DNA of 64,000 bases, from positions 320,001-384,000 of the forward strand of contig CAVPBK010000009.1 of assembly GCA_963701855.1 (NCBI GenBank), given 5' to 3'. Position numbers and translations under genes: made by a program. Shown here piece by piece: positions 50,815-61,189 of this stretch. The number at the start of each line of letters is the position of its first letter. The stretch's first letter is position 1. This stretch comes from Nitrospirota bacterium. GTDB taxonomy: Bacteria; Nitrospirota; Nitrospiria; Nitrospirales; Nitrospiraceae. A model generated the notes under the pieces. The model saw only the letters and a list, made by a program, of their open reading frames with translations. It did not search any database and had not been told where the DNA came from.

Positions 50815-51740
50815 CACAGCACGTGCATCCGAACATCACAAAACAGATCGGCCACACACCCCTGGTTCGCCTGAACCGACTCTCTCCGGCAGGCGGCGCG
50901 ACCATCAATGCGAAGGTTGAATTCTCCAATCCCGGCGGGAGCGTCAAGGATCGGATCTGCCTGAACATGATCGATGAAGCGGAACGATCAGGCCGGCTCA
51001 AGCCAGGCGCCACTATCGTCGAACCGACCAGCGGCAACACAGGCATCGGCCTCTCGCTGGTCGCAGCCGTGCGAGGCTATCGAGTGGTTCTGGTCATGCC
51101 GGACAGCATGAGCGAAGAGCGAGTGAGTCTCCTGTCCTCGTATGGGGCGGAGTTGGTCCTGACCCCTGGGTGGGAAAGCATGAGGGGTTCCATCAAAGAA
51201 GCCGAACGCATCGTCGCCCAGCATCCCTCGTATTTCATGCCGGATCAATTCTCCAACCCGGCCAATCCTGACGCCCACCGGAAAACCACGGCCATCGAAA
51301 TCTGGGACGCATTGGGAGGGAAGTTCGACGCCTTCGTCGCGGGGGTCGGGACCGGAGGGACCATCACCGGCTGCGGAGAAGTCTTCAAGGTGCGCAATCC
51401 CACCATCCAGATCGTGGCCGTGGAACCGAGTGGATCCCCTGTCCTCTCGGGTGGAGACTCCGGTCCTCACAAGATCCAGGGCATCGGAGCGGGGTTCATC
51501 CCCGAAGTCTTGAATCGCAAGATTCTCGATCGCGTGATAGCCGTCACCGACGATGACGCGTATCAGACATCCAAACTCCTTGCGAAGCAGGAAGGACTGC
51601 TTGTCGGGATTTCGGCCGGGGCCAACGTGTGGGCGGCCCAACAGGTCGCCAGGGAACTCGGTCCCGGCAAGAGTGTGGTCACCGTGCTCTGCGATACGGG
51701 TGAGCGGTATATCAGTATGGAGAAGTATTTTAATATCTGA
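50811..51740 (+). CDS. cysK: Cysteine synthase
   Basis: NPGGSVKDR, EPTSGNTG, GTGGT, HKIQGIG. Confidence 0.95.
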   Translation: MTQHVHPNITKQIGHTPLVRLNRLSPAGGATINAKVEFSNPGGSVKDRICLNMIDEAERSGRLKPGATIVEPTSGNTGIGLSLVAAVRGYRVVLVMPDSMSEERVSLLSSYGAELVLTPGWESMRGSIKEAERIVAQHPSYFMPDQFSNPANPDAHRKTTAIEIWDALGGKFDAFVAGVGTGGTITGCGEVFKVRNPTIQIVAVEPSGSPVLSGGDSGPHKIQGIGAGFIPEVLNRKILDRVIAVTDDDAYQTSKLLAKQEGLLVGISAGANVWAAQQVARELGPGKSVVTVLCDTGERYISMEKYFNI

Positions 51741-51765
51741 CCCCTCATTAAACGGCTTCTATTCT

Positions 51766-52588
51766 ATGAACTTCACCGATGACCAAATCACCAGGTACAG
51801 CCGACATATCTTGCTTCCCGAAGTGGAGGGCAAGGGGCAGAAGAAACTCGCTCAGGCTCGTATTCTGATCGTTGGAGTCGGCGGTCTCGGCTCGCCGGCG
51901 GCGCTCTACCTGGCTGCGGCGGGCGTCGGCACCTTGGGCCTGATCGACAGCGACGTCGTGGACCTGTCGAATCTCCAACGACAGATCATCCATTACACAG
52001 CCGATGTGGGACGGTCCAAAGTGCTCTCCGCCAAGGAAAAAATCCAAGCGTTGAACCCAGAACGTCACGGCGGTACTGCATGAAGACCGTTTCATGGCCA
52101 GGAACGCTCTGGAACTGGTTCGCGACTATTCGGTGGTGATCGACGGAGTGGATAATTTCCCGGCGAAATTCCTCATCAACGACGCCTGCTATTTTTCCGG
52201 GATACCGCTCGTGCACGGCGGGATCCTACGCTTCGATGGACGTGTCTCTACCATCATCCCCAAGCACTCAGCCTGTTACCGGTGTGTGTTCACACAACCG
52301 CCACCGCCCGGTCTGGTGGCCAGTTGCCAGGAAGCCGGCGTGCTCGGAGTCTTGGCGGGCATCATAGGAACGATCCAAGCAACCGAAGCGTTGAAATTGA
52401 TCTTAGGCATCGGCCACCCCTTGACCGATCGGATGCTGGATGTTGATGCCCGACGCATGCGGTTCCGGGAAATCCCCGTCACACGCAATCCCCGGTGCCC
52501 GCTCTGCGGGGACCAGCCGACCATCACAGAACTGACCGATCACGAACCGGTAGTTTGTCAGGTGCGGCCTCCTGTTGCCATCGGGTGA
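51766..52588 (+). pseudogene. moeB: MoeB/ThiF/HesA adenylyltransferase with a +1 frameshift near 52062
   Basis: RYSRHILL, GVGGLG, SNLQRQ, shift (GAAC for GAC), then DGVDNF, CYRC, CPLC; may be a sequencing error. Confidence 0.85.
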
Positions 52589-52732
52589 GGAGTTGAGCAG
52601 AACATAACCATCGATTCTCATCAGACAATCCGAGAGTCTTGGAGGACACCATATGACGACATGAGCGATTGAAAAGAAGCGAGTTCATATACCTTAGGAG
52701 CCCAGGCTCCATCACACAGGAAGGATACGACC

Positions 52733-53704
52733 ATGAGTGAACGTACCAATGTTTCGGACCATCAGAGTCTCAGCGCCCAAGCGGCGCGCAATCTGGCGAC
52801 TGCCACGGTCACCGTCCCGCAGATGACGGAAATCACTCCGCGGTGGCTCCATAAACTGCTGCCATGGGTGGATGTGGACGGCGGCGTCTATCGTCTCAAC
52901 CGCGTGGCCAAGGCCGCGAAGGGGGAGCCGGCCAACGAATTCGGCGAAGCCACAGTCGATCTCTTGACCGTAGATAGCGGCGAGCCGAAACTGCCGACCA
53001 CCTTCGTCGATTACGAGTTGCACCCACGTGAGTATCACCTGAGCACGATCCAAACAGTGCTGCAGACGCATACACGCGTGACCGATCTGTACAGCAATCG
53101 TATCGACCAATTGCGTCAACAAGTACGCCTGACGGTGGAAGGTGTCAAGGAACGCGAGGAATGGGAGATCATTAATCACGCTCAGTTCGGTCTTTTAAGG
53201 GAGGTCGCGCCGGTACAGCGCATCAACACACGCAAAGGCACACCGACTCCTGACGATCTGGACGAACTCCTGAGTCTGGTCTGGAAAAAACCCGCCTTCT
53301 TCCTCGCGCATCCCAAAGCGATCGCCGCGTTCGGACGCGAAGCCACCAGGCGCGGTGTACCCCCGCCCACCGTACACCTGTTCGGCTCGCCCTTCATCAC
53401 CTGGCGTGGCATTCCGTTGATCCCGAGCAACAAACTGGAGGTCGATAAAGCAGGCAAGACCAGTATCCTCTTGTTGCGCGTCGGCGAGGCAGAACAAGGC
53501 GTCGTCGGCCTGCAAAAGGCGGGCGTGACAGGCGAGCTCGAAGCCGGCCTCTCCGTCAGATACATGAGCACCAATGAACACGGCATTGCGTCGCATCTGG
53601 TGACACGCTACTTCTCGACGGCAGTGCTGACCGAGGACGCGATCGCGCGCCTCGATAACGTGTCGATCAAGTTCTATCACGAATATGTTTATCCAAAGGG
53701 CTAA
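52733..53704 (+). CDS. Family 2A encapsulin shell protein (SrpI-like)
   Basis: SLSAQAARNLA, ITPRWL, GGVYRLNR, TFVDYE.HPREY, TRVTDLY, PTPDDLDELL; followed by a desulfurase. Confidence 0.93.
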   Translation: MSERTNVSDHQSLSAQAARNLATATVTVPQMTEITPRWLHKLLPWVDVDGGVYRLNRVAKAAKGEPANEFGEATVDLLTVDSGEPKLPTTFVDYELHPREYHLSTIQTVLQTHTRVTDLYSNRIDQLRQQVRLTVEGVKEREEWEIINHAQFGLLREVAPVQRINTRKGTPTPDDLDELLSLVWKKPAFFLAHPKAIAAFGREATRRGVPPPTVHLFGSPFITWRGIPLIPSNKLEVDKAGKTSILLLRVGEAEQGVVGLQKAGVTGELEAGLSVRYMSTNEHGIASHLVTRYFSTAVLTEDAIARLDNVSIKFYHEYVYPKG

Positions 53705-53707
53705 CCT

Positions 53708-55447
53708 ATGACACCGACAACACAAGACGTCACCGCTGGCAGGAATGATCCATTCGATACCACATTAATCGCGCAGCTGGCGAATGAGTTCTACTCTGAA
53801 TCAACCGGCAGCCCCTCGCTGCCGGCATGGATTCCGGCGCTCCCATTGGGCGCCCCTAACGGATCCGAACTCTCCGGAGGCTATCCGTCTGCCAGTTCCA
53901 CCACCCATCCTCCGGTCCATTCCGGACTGCAACCAGACACGGCACACCCGCCGGCAACGCCCGGCACGCTGTCCGGCGAACATGCTCCCGGCTCCGAGGA
54001 CACCTACCCCTTTGGCGAACCGCGCTGCAACGGGGACAGGTTCGGCCAGCGCCACCAAGCCACACCGTCAGCGAACATACCGCAGCGGAATGACTCTCCG
54101 AACATCGCAACCCCCCTCCCCGGCTACAAGGAAAATCTCTTTGCCCCGGATTATTATTTCCTGCGCCATGTCGACTCGGCCACCCAGTCATCCATCCCGA
54201 GTGCGCCGGTTTCCCGCTTCAGTCCGACCTTGTCCGTTCTGGATATTGAAGCCATCCGGCGGGATTTCCCCGCGCTGCATCAATCGGTCCATGGCAAGCC
54301 GCTCATCTGGCTGGATAACGCAGCCACCACGCAGAAACCACAGAGTGTGATCGACGCCATCGCCCAGTTCTACAGCCGGGATAACTCGAATATCCACCGG
54401 GCGGCACATACCTTGGCCTTCCGCGCCACGGAGTTGTACGAAGAAGGACGGAAGAAGGTGCAGCGCTTCCTTGGGGCGGCCGATCCCAAAGAGATCGTCT
54501 TTGTCCGTGGGACCACGGAAGCCGTCAACCTGGTGGCACAGACCTACGGTCGCACCCATGTCGGCCAAGGCGATGAAATACTTCTGACGACCATGGAGCA
54601 CCACGCGAACATCGTGCCCTGGCAGATGCTCGCCGAACAGACAGGAGCCGTGCTGCGCGTCGCGCCGATCAACGACGCCGGTGAATTGATCCTCGATCAA
54701 TTTGCCGCACTGCTGACCTCGCGCACGAAACTCGTGGCCGTCACGCAAGTCTCGAATGCCCTGGGTACGATCAATCCGGTCGAACAGCTCATTGCCATGG
54801 CTCATGCTCACGGCGTGCCGGTCCTCGTGGACGGCGCGCAATCGGCGCCGCACATACCGGTGAACGTCCAGGCGATGGATTGCGATTTTTTCGTGTTCTC
54901 CGGCCACAAAATCTTCGGGCCGACCGGGATCGGCGTGCTGTACGGCAAGGCGGCGCTGTTGGAAGAGATGCCGCCCTGGCAAGGCGGCGGCAATATGATT
55001 CAGGACGTGACCTTCGAAAAGACTACGTATCAAGGCATTCCGCAAAAATTCGAGGCGGGCACCCCGAACATCGCCGGGGTGGTCGGCTTAGGGGCTGCCA
55101 TCGATTATCTGAACCAGGTGGGCATACCAGCCATTGCGGCCTACGAGCATGAGCTGTTGTCCTATGCGACACACACCCTGTCCTTGGTTCGCGGCCTCCG
55201 CCCGATCGGGACCGCCGCCACCAAGGCCAGCGTCCTCTCGTTCGTCATGGACGGCATGTCCAACGAGTCGGTCGCTCGCCATCTGGATCAGCACGGTATC
55301 GCGGTTCGAGCCGGACACCACTGCGCACAACCGACTGTGCGCCGGTACGGGTTGACCGGAACGGTCCGTCCGTCTCTGGCGTTTTACAACACGCCGGATG
55401 AAATCGACACGTTGGTGAGCGCCTTAAGCCAGATCAGGAAGAACTGA
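53708..55447 (+). CDS. Encapsulin cargo cysteine desulfurase (SufS-type) with a disordered N-terminal targeting region
   Basis: IAQLANEFY motif, about 170 aa Pro/Ser-rich, LDNAATTQKP, SGHK, RAGHHCA. Confidence 0.93.
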   Translation: MTPTTQDVTAGRNDPFDTTLIAQLANEFYSESTGSPSLPAWIPALPLGAPNGSELSGGYPSASSTTHPPVHSGLQPDTAHPPATPGTLSGEHAPGSEDTYPFGEPRCNGDRFGQRHQATPSANIPQRNDSPNIATPLPGYKENLFAPDYYFLRHVDSATQSSIPSAPVSRFSPTLSVLDIEAIRRDFPALHQSVHGKPLIWLDNAATTQKPQSVIDAIAQFYSRDNSNIHRAAHTLAFRATELYEEGRKKVQRFLGAADPKEIVFVRGTTEAVNLVAQTYGRTHVGQGDEILLTTMEHHANIVPWQMLAEQTGAVLRVAPINDAGELILDQFAALLTSRTKLVAVTQVSNALGTINPVEQLIAMAHAHGVPVLVDGAQSAPHIPVNVQAMDCDFFVFSGHKIFGPTGIGVLYGKAALLEEMPPWQGGGNMIQDVTFEKTTYQGIPQKFEAGTPNIAGVVGLGAAIDYLNQVGIPAIAAYEHELLSYATHTLSLVRGLRPIGTAATKASVLSFVMDGMSNESVARHLDQHGIAVRAGHHCAQPTVRRYGLTGTVRPSLAFYNTPDEIDTLVSALSQIRKN

Positions 55448-55483
55448 ACCTGAGCGCCGAGCCGTTCGAACACATAGGTGACC

Positions 55484-56464
55484 ATGGCCATCAATCCGAT
55501 TCCACAATCAGACATCGCGTTAACCACATGGAATATCGACCGCGTAGTCGCTGAACTCCGGCAATCGCGTGAAGTCGCGCACAACGTGAGGCATCAGGGC
55601 CTCATCCGGGAGTTGCCGTCGCGGAAAGCCTTGCTCGGCGTCCTGGACGGGTTGTGTGCCGTCTTGTTTCCGACCCATTATGGCCGCTCGGACTTGAACG
55701 AGTCGAACATCGATTATTTTGTCGGCAATCAACTGAACCTGACATTGAACCTGTTACAAGATCAAGTTCGCCGAGGGCTGCTGTTTGTCTCTGACCAAGA
55801 CGAGCCAATGGACGCGGACGCAAATCGCGCCGCCAGCGAGATGACCACTAAGTTTGCGGCACAGTTGCCGTCCATTCGCGCACGACTCTTCACCGATTTG
55901 CAAGCCGCCTATCAAGGCGATCCGGCGGCTACCAGCGCGTCGGAGATTCTGCTCTGCTATCCCGGCATGACCGCGATCATCTACTATCGCCTGGCGCATG
56001 CGCTCTATGAGTTGGGAGCGCACCTGCCGGCGCGATTGATCTCGGAGATCGCCCATTCCACGACGGGGATCGACATTCATCCGGCCGCGAACATCGGTGG
56101 ATACTTTTTTATCGATCACGGTACCGGGGTGGTCATCGGGGAAACGACGATCATCGGCGAGCGGGTCCGGCTCTATCAAGCCGTCACCCTCGGCGCGAAA
56201 CGCTTCCCTGAAAATGAGCAGGGCGTGCTCATCAAAGGCGCCACCCGTCATCCCATCGTCGAAGACGACGTCGTCATCTACGCCGGCGCGACGATCTTGG
56301 GCCGCATCACGATCGGCAAAGGGGCGATCATCGGCGGTAATGTGTGGTTGACCCAGAGCGTGCCGCCCGGAAGCAATGTCATCCAGGCACAGATGCGCCA
56401 GAGCAGTACGTTGACGATCGAGCCCAAACAGGTGAGCCAGACAATCTGGCAACCCAGTATCTAA
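55484..56464 (+). CDS. cysE: Serine O-acetyltransferase (EpsC/SrpH type)
   Basis: GDPAA, TGIDIHP, FIDHGTGVVIGET, RHPIVED. Confidence 0.93.
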   Translation: MAINPIPQSDIALTTWNIDRVVAELRQSREVAHNVRHQGLIRELPSRKALLGVLDGLCAVLFPTHYGRSDLNESNIDYFVGNQLNLTLNLLQDQVRRGLLFVSDQDEPMDADANRAASEMTTKFAAQLPSIRARLFTDLQAAYQGDPAATSASEILLCYPGMTAIIYYRLAHALYELGAHLPARLISEIAHSTTGIDIHPAANIGGYFFIDHGTGVVIGETTIIGERVRLYQAVTLGAKRFPENEQGVLIKGATRHPIVEDDVVIYAGATILGRITIGKGAIIGGNVWLTQSVPPGSNVIQAQMRQSSTLTIEPKQVSQTIWQPSI

Positions 56465-56541
56465 TAACAGTCATTCCTGAAAAGTCCTCGCGACCAACAG
56501 GACCATCCCCTGCATTCGTCATTTGTGATTTTCCCGCGTCC

Positions 56542-57450
56542 TCAGCCTGGTACGCCGATTCGGTCCACCGCTGTCTCCCGCCCGAATGGGACCCTCCGAT
56601 CCTCCCTGCCCTGTGGCCCTCGATACACCAGCTCATCGGTATCGAGGTCGTACTCCGGTATCTCGCGGCTACCCCAGCGCTGCACAAAGTAGTGGTAGTA
56701 GAAGGTGTACAGACCGTGATCCTTCAGATTGTGTTGGAGCACATATTCCGGCATCGCCCTGACATTCAAATCGGGATGGTAATGCTGCAACCAGAGATAG
56801 TCTCCGAGAATGACCAATTTGACGAGCGGCGGCTCCGCATAGAGTTTAAGCCTGACGGATTTGCCGATCGCCCTGAGTCGCTTGAGCAGTTCGATGCTTC
56901 GCCACACCTCGTCTTGAAAGAGTCCCATCGTATAATCGGGGTCCGCGATCGCCTCGATTCGTGCCCGCGCTTCCAGGCTGTGCGGATTCACCAGCAGAAC
57001 CCTGGCTCCCATGCATCGTTCCAGGATTGAGGACAAGTCCCCCACTTGATCAGTCAATGTTCCGTACCCGCTCGACCCGATCGCCATGATCGTCCGCCCC
57101 GTGCTCTGCTTCTCCTTGAGTTGCTTGATTCGCCTCCTTGTACGCGGGTCATGGCTGGGATAAAACGAGGCCAAACCTGCGCCGACAGCCATCTTGGCGA
57201 GCGCTCTGTCGCGAATGATCAGACGGATTGCATTGGCCGAGATAATCAACAGGATCGCCACCACCACTTCCAACACCAGAAGAGACGTCTTGTCATCCGC
57301 TACCCTTGTCCAGTAAGCCAGAAAGCTCCTGGCCATCGCCGGCAGTGACAGGGCAATGCCGGCGCTCAGGCCAAGTACCACAATGTGATACCAAATCTGG
57401 GCAAAGTTTTTCATGGCAGTTCGGGCCTGTGCGAATATCGTCTCTACCAC
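56542..57450 (-). CDS. Hypothetical membrane protein (two TM helices plus a cytoplasmic alpha/beta domain); start uncertain
   Basis: Two hydrophobic helices, then RVLLVNP...KLVILGD.LWLQHY. Confidence 0.7.
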   Translation of the reverse strand: MVETIFAQARTAMKNFAQIWYHIVVLGLSAGIALSLPAMARSFLAYWTRVADDKTSLLVLEVVVAILLIISANAIRLIIRDRALAKMAVGAGLASFYPSHDPRTRRRIKQLKEKQSTGRTIMAIGSSGYGTLTDQVGDLSSILERCMGARVLLVNPHSLEARARIEAIADPDYTMGLFQDEVWRSIELLKRLRAIGKSVRLKLYAEPPLVKLVILGDYLWLQHYHPDLNVRAMPEYVLQHNLKDHGLYTFYYHYFVQRWGSREIPEYDLDTDELVYRGPQGREDRRVPFGRETAVDRIGVPG

Positions 57451-57564
57451 CGAACCCTCCGATCTTGATCTTCTGACACAGTCGGTTCACGCTTACTATG
57501 CCGGAACAACTATGAGCCAACCACGATCAAGGCCATCATGAATGGCGCATGTGCATGAACGGCA

Positions 57565-58032
57565 TCACACAAACGACGCAATCTCCTGATCTTGAAAGGC
57601 CTGAAGCAGTTCCCTGAGAGCCGCCATCCCTCGATCGTTGAGGCTGTGTATCAGATGAAATCGTAGGACTCCGTCGGGATCGATCAGAAACGTTCGTGCC
57701 CGCCCTGAAGAATAGGTGGTCGGACCACCATAGAGACGCTGCAACCGCCCCTGTGGATCTCCTACAATGGTGAAATGCACTCGTCCGATGCTATGCTTCC
57801 CTTCCTGGTAGAGCGCCTGCGGCTCTATCGGAACCACGAGCAGCACCGCTCCAAGCTCTTCCATGTCCTTTCCTTGCTCATCCCAACGCACCCTGTCGGA
57901 TTGCCCAAGGCTTGGCACAAAGCTGAGCACAACCCACTGCTCCAGAAATTCGTCTGGATCAATGTATGTCATCTCTCCAGCAACGACGACCGGAAGCCGA
58001 AACGTGAATGCTCGTTCTCCAATGCGTCTCAT
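57565..58032 (-). CDS. AhpC/peroxiredoxin-fold protein lacking cysteine
   Basis: IGERAFTF, WVVLSF, RTFLIDPDGVLR; no Cys. Confidence 0.7.
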   Translation of the reverse strand: MRRIGERAFTFRLPVVVAGEMTYIDPDEFLEQWVVLSFVPSLGQSDRVRWDEQGKDMEELGAVLLVVPIEPQALYQEGKHSIGRVHFTIVGDPQGRLQRLYGGPTTYSSGRARTFLIDPDGVLRFHLIHSLNDRGMAALRELLQAFQDQEIASFV

Positions 58033-58034
58033 GA

Positions 58035-58319
58035 CTACCTCCCTTTCGCGGGTATGACGGCCAGGTTTTCGAGATCCTTGCCTGGTGTCACCGAGACAAG
58101 ATAGTCACCATTCTTCGGAGGCCCGATTACGATTTTTCCTACCCGGCTCAGCCGGTCGATAGCGAGAAACACCGGTGCCCATCCCTCAGCAGATAATGCT
58201 TGGCTCAAGCGATCGAGCGATTGCGTTCCATCTGTCCGCAATGCGTCAAGAATCCATTCATCCATAGCCCGGCTTTCTACAGCAACACTCGACTTCTCTA
58301 TCACCGAAACAGTGGCCAT
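58035..58319 (-). CDS. Small hypothetical protein (winged-helix-like)
   Basis: AGGAGG RBS; WAPVFLAIDRLSRVG. Confidence 0.65.
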   Translation of the reverse strand: MATVSVIEKSSVAVESRAMDEWILDALRTDGTQSLDRLSQALSAEGWAPVFLAIDRLSRVGKIVIGPPKNGDYLVSVTPGKDLENLAVIPAKGR

Positions 58320-58543
58320 ATCGCACCTCCTTCTCGAAACGTTTGAACGGGTCGAAATTAATCAACGGCGCGACGAAACAGCCATGGGAAAGCTTTGCGA
58401 CGGTGCGACCGGTGCCGCGTTCAGCTTGAATCGCTCAGCACCATCTGCCAACCAGGCACGCTGAAGGTCAACAGACTCGAATGGAGAGCGGTGCTATGTT
58501 GGAAGGGGGATGGTGTGAGCTATACATACACAGTCCTCTCGTA

Positions 58544-58952
58544 CTACCGCTCGCCGACACCGGCCAACTGCCGTGATTCTATCAACACCGTGAACAATTG
58601 ATTGAAATCAGCCTCGGCGGCTTTGGCAAAGACCCCGCGGCCTCCGCCGACGACGATCGTGAGATCGCCGCCCGAATAGGCCCACCCTTGTTCCGACAAC
58701 AAGTTGAAACCGCTGGCCTGACCATGACCGGCAGCCAGCACACCCAGGAGGCCGCTGATCCGACCATGAATAGGGGTCAGAGCTCACAGGAGTTGACTGA
58801 CCGCAACAGCATTGATTCGTCAGGAGCGCCCCATCATCGGGGAGCAGCGTCCCCTTCAAACGGATGTCGAGGAGTTTGCCGTTCGGGGCAAACTCACCGG
58901 CAGCGATCACGCCCTTGAGCCGAAGGAGTTCATCCAAAGATTTCGCCATCAT
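58544..58952 (-). pseudogene. DUF2173-like protein, frameshifted
   Basis: LDELLRLKGVIAAGEF...; GWAYSGGDLT...GVF...ADFNQLF lies in a different frame. Confidence 0.6.
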
Positions 58953-59120
58953 GACTGCCCTTTTTTGTTGTGTCGTATGAGCATGATGGAGCATTTTCTT
59001 AAGAACCACGAGGGAGCAGCAATACCTCGACGTTTGATGCTTCCGTACTTCCCGAACAATCTGACTAGTAGCTTCACGAAACCTCCAAGCAAGAGTACAC
59101 GATTTTGTATCGTGGATAAT

Positions 59121-59135
59121 GCAGGACGCATGCCT
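59121..59135 (-). promoter_or_regulatory. Sigma54 -24/-12 promoter candidate
   Basis: Minus strand AGGCATG-CGTC-CTGC (GG-N10-GC), divergent from a sigma54 response regulator. Confidence 0.55.
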
Positions 59136-59574
59136 TCAATTTTTGGTCACTTTGAAGGGTCAAAACAATTCTCTGTAGATAAAGCAGCAGAAGTTGCAGG
59201 TGAACTGTTGCTGGATCAACAGTTCATACCCCTGTCACTCTGGTAGGAGAAGATCATGACACGTCTCTCGTTCCGAAGGCGCCCGCACCTTTCGACCTCC
59301 TCTGGTATATCCACCATGGCTGGTCTTCGAGGTTTGGCGTCTAATAAAATGGGCTATGGGGTTCTCACGGCTCCAGTCACCGTTCTCGCAACGTGGCTCA
59401 GCGATTTCGCGACGAACCTTATGAATAATGCCAGCTAGTTCATCGGACTGGCCGCCTTCATCGCTCTCTGCGCTACATGCTTCACATCATTCCAGTGGTC
59501 GGCGCCTGCGCGGCAGCCGGGCCGGCTCTCACCCCCTCCAAGACAGGCTGCACGGCTGACACATTCAGTGCGCT

Positions 59575-61167
59575 ATGCTAGGCTACGCCATGCCTGTCAG
59601 TTGGCTCAGTCGCCTCTCCATAGGCAAGAAGCTCACGCTTTCGTTCAGCGTGATCCTCATCCTGCTCATCGGAAGTCTCGGCGCATCGTTCTTCTATCTC
59701 TCCCGTGTGAATAGCTATGTCGAACGCCATCAGCGGATCACTATTCCCGCCGTCGTCACGGCGTCGGAGATGCTCCGCAACCTCTCCGACATGCAGACCC
59801 ACATGCACCATCTCCTCGATCATCAAAACAACGCAGAGCAGACCATCAGCCTGAAAGCCATCGCGGAAATCGAACAACGAACACTCACGACACTGGACAC
59901 GTATCAAGCCGTTCACGCTGTCCGTACACATCCCGTTTTGTACGGCATGTTGCAACAGCACGGGCAAGGCGACCTGGCCGATCAGGAGAGCCAAACGATC
60001 GTCGCCATCGCCGATGGAATGAGTGCCTTACGGGTTCAGCGGGAGGATCTCGAAGCCGCGACTCGTCAGAGCGAGAAAAATCTGTCGAACGCAGAGCCGG
60101 CGTACGAACAGACTGCAACCAAGACCGAAAATGCGATCGTTTCTCTTTTCGAACTTCACCGCAAGATTGATGTGGAGATGAAGATCGAGGGCGATCGCCT
60201 CGTCCAGCAGGCACGGATCATCGTCATCGGCCTCGTCGGCCTAGTTGGACTTCTAATCGTTTCGATCTATCTCATGATGAAACGGCTCGTGGCCACACCG
60301 CTTAAACAGCTTGCAGCCACAGCAGACCGTGTCGCCCGGCATGACCTCACGGCCGAGTTTGAACCCTGGCCTACACGAGACGAAGTCGGCATCCTGGCTG
60401 ATTCCCTGACGACGATGCTTGCAAATCTCCGCGAGCGAGACAACGCCCTCATGCGCAAGGCCAAGGAACTCGAATCCTTCACCTACTCCGTGGCACACGA
60501 CCTCAAAGGACCTCTTCGCGAAATCGAAGGCTTCTCGTCGCTTTTGGAAAAGCGATTTGAAGAAGCCGAAGACCCCCAAGTGCAACACCACATCGACATC
60601 ATCAGGAAGTCCTCGTTACGCCTCACACACATGATCGACGCCCTGCTCAAGTATTCACGCCTGGAACAGCAGAATCTCCCACGCACCCGCTTCAACGTGT
60701 TGGAGATGATCAGCAGCCTGGTCATCGACCGGCAAAGCGAGATCGCCGGCATCGCACCTCAGATCAAAATCAATCTCCCCTTCGCCGATCTGTATGGCGA
60801 GCCGGTCAGCATCCGTCAGTCCTTGGTTAATCTACTCGATAATGCCATCAAGTTCTCCCGCCATTCCCCGGTTCCGACTATCAACATCGGGGGACAGCAA
60901 ACCCCGACCGAACGTATACTCTGGGTACAGGACAACGGTATTGGCTTCGAGGCCGACCAGAAGGAGAAACTCTTCGGTCTCTTCGAGCGGTTGCACAATG
61001 CCCAGGAGTACGAAGGCACCGGCGTAGGCCTAGCTATCGTGAAGATGGTAGCGGAGAAACACGGGGGCCGTGTCTGGGCAGAATCGTCGCCCGGCAAAGG
61101 CAGCACGTTTTTTCTGGGATTCCCGGATGGCCAAGAAGCTGTCAGTCTTCACTCAGAGCAAAGCTGA
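59575..61167 (+). CDS. HAMP sensor histidine kinase
   Basis: Two TM helices, HAMP, SVAHDLKGP, NLLDNAIKF, DNGIG, GTGVGLA. Confidence 0.93.
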   Translation: MLGYAMPVSWLSRLSIGKKLTLSFSVILILLIGSLGASFFYLSRVNSYVERHQRITIPAVVTASEMLRNLSDMQTHMHHLLDHQNNAEQTISLKAIAEIEQRTLTTLDTYQAVHAVRTHPVLYGMLQQHGQGDLADQESQTIVAIADGMSALRVQREDLEAATRQSEKNLSNAEPAYEQTATKTENAIVSLFELHRKIDVEMKIEGDRLVQQARIIVIGLVGLVGLLIVSIYLMMKRLVATPLKQLAATADRVARHDLTAEFEPWPTRDEVGILADSLTTMLANLRERDNALMRKAKELESFTYSVAHDLKGPLREIEGFSSLLEKRFEEAEDPQVQHHIDIIRKSSLRLTHMIDALLKYSRLEQQNLPRTRFNVLEMISSLVIDRQSEIAGIAPQIKINLPFADLYGEPVSIRQSLVNLLDNAIKFSRHSPVPTINIGGQQTPTERILWVQDNGIGFEADQKEKLFGLFERLHNAQEYEGTGVGLAIVKMVAEKHGGRVWAESSPGKGSTFFLGFPDGQEAVSLHSEQS

Positions 61168-61189
61168 TGGCTAACTCCTGAAAGCCACT

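Noticed and set aside
51766..52588. Programmed frameshifting in moeB and in the 37388 lipoprotein
   Set aside because: No slippery heptamer; isolated 1-nt indels fit mutation or sequencing error better
52733..53704. Prophage capsid
   Set aside because: The HK97-fold protein is next to a desulfurase with a targeting motif, and no terminase, portal or tail genes are present
59256..59560. Small membrane protein with TAG read-through
   Set aside because: Hydrophobic sequence continues after TAG 59436, but there is no recognisable family; at most a remnant
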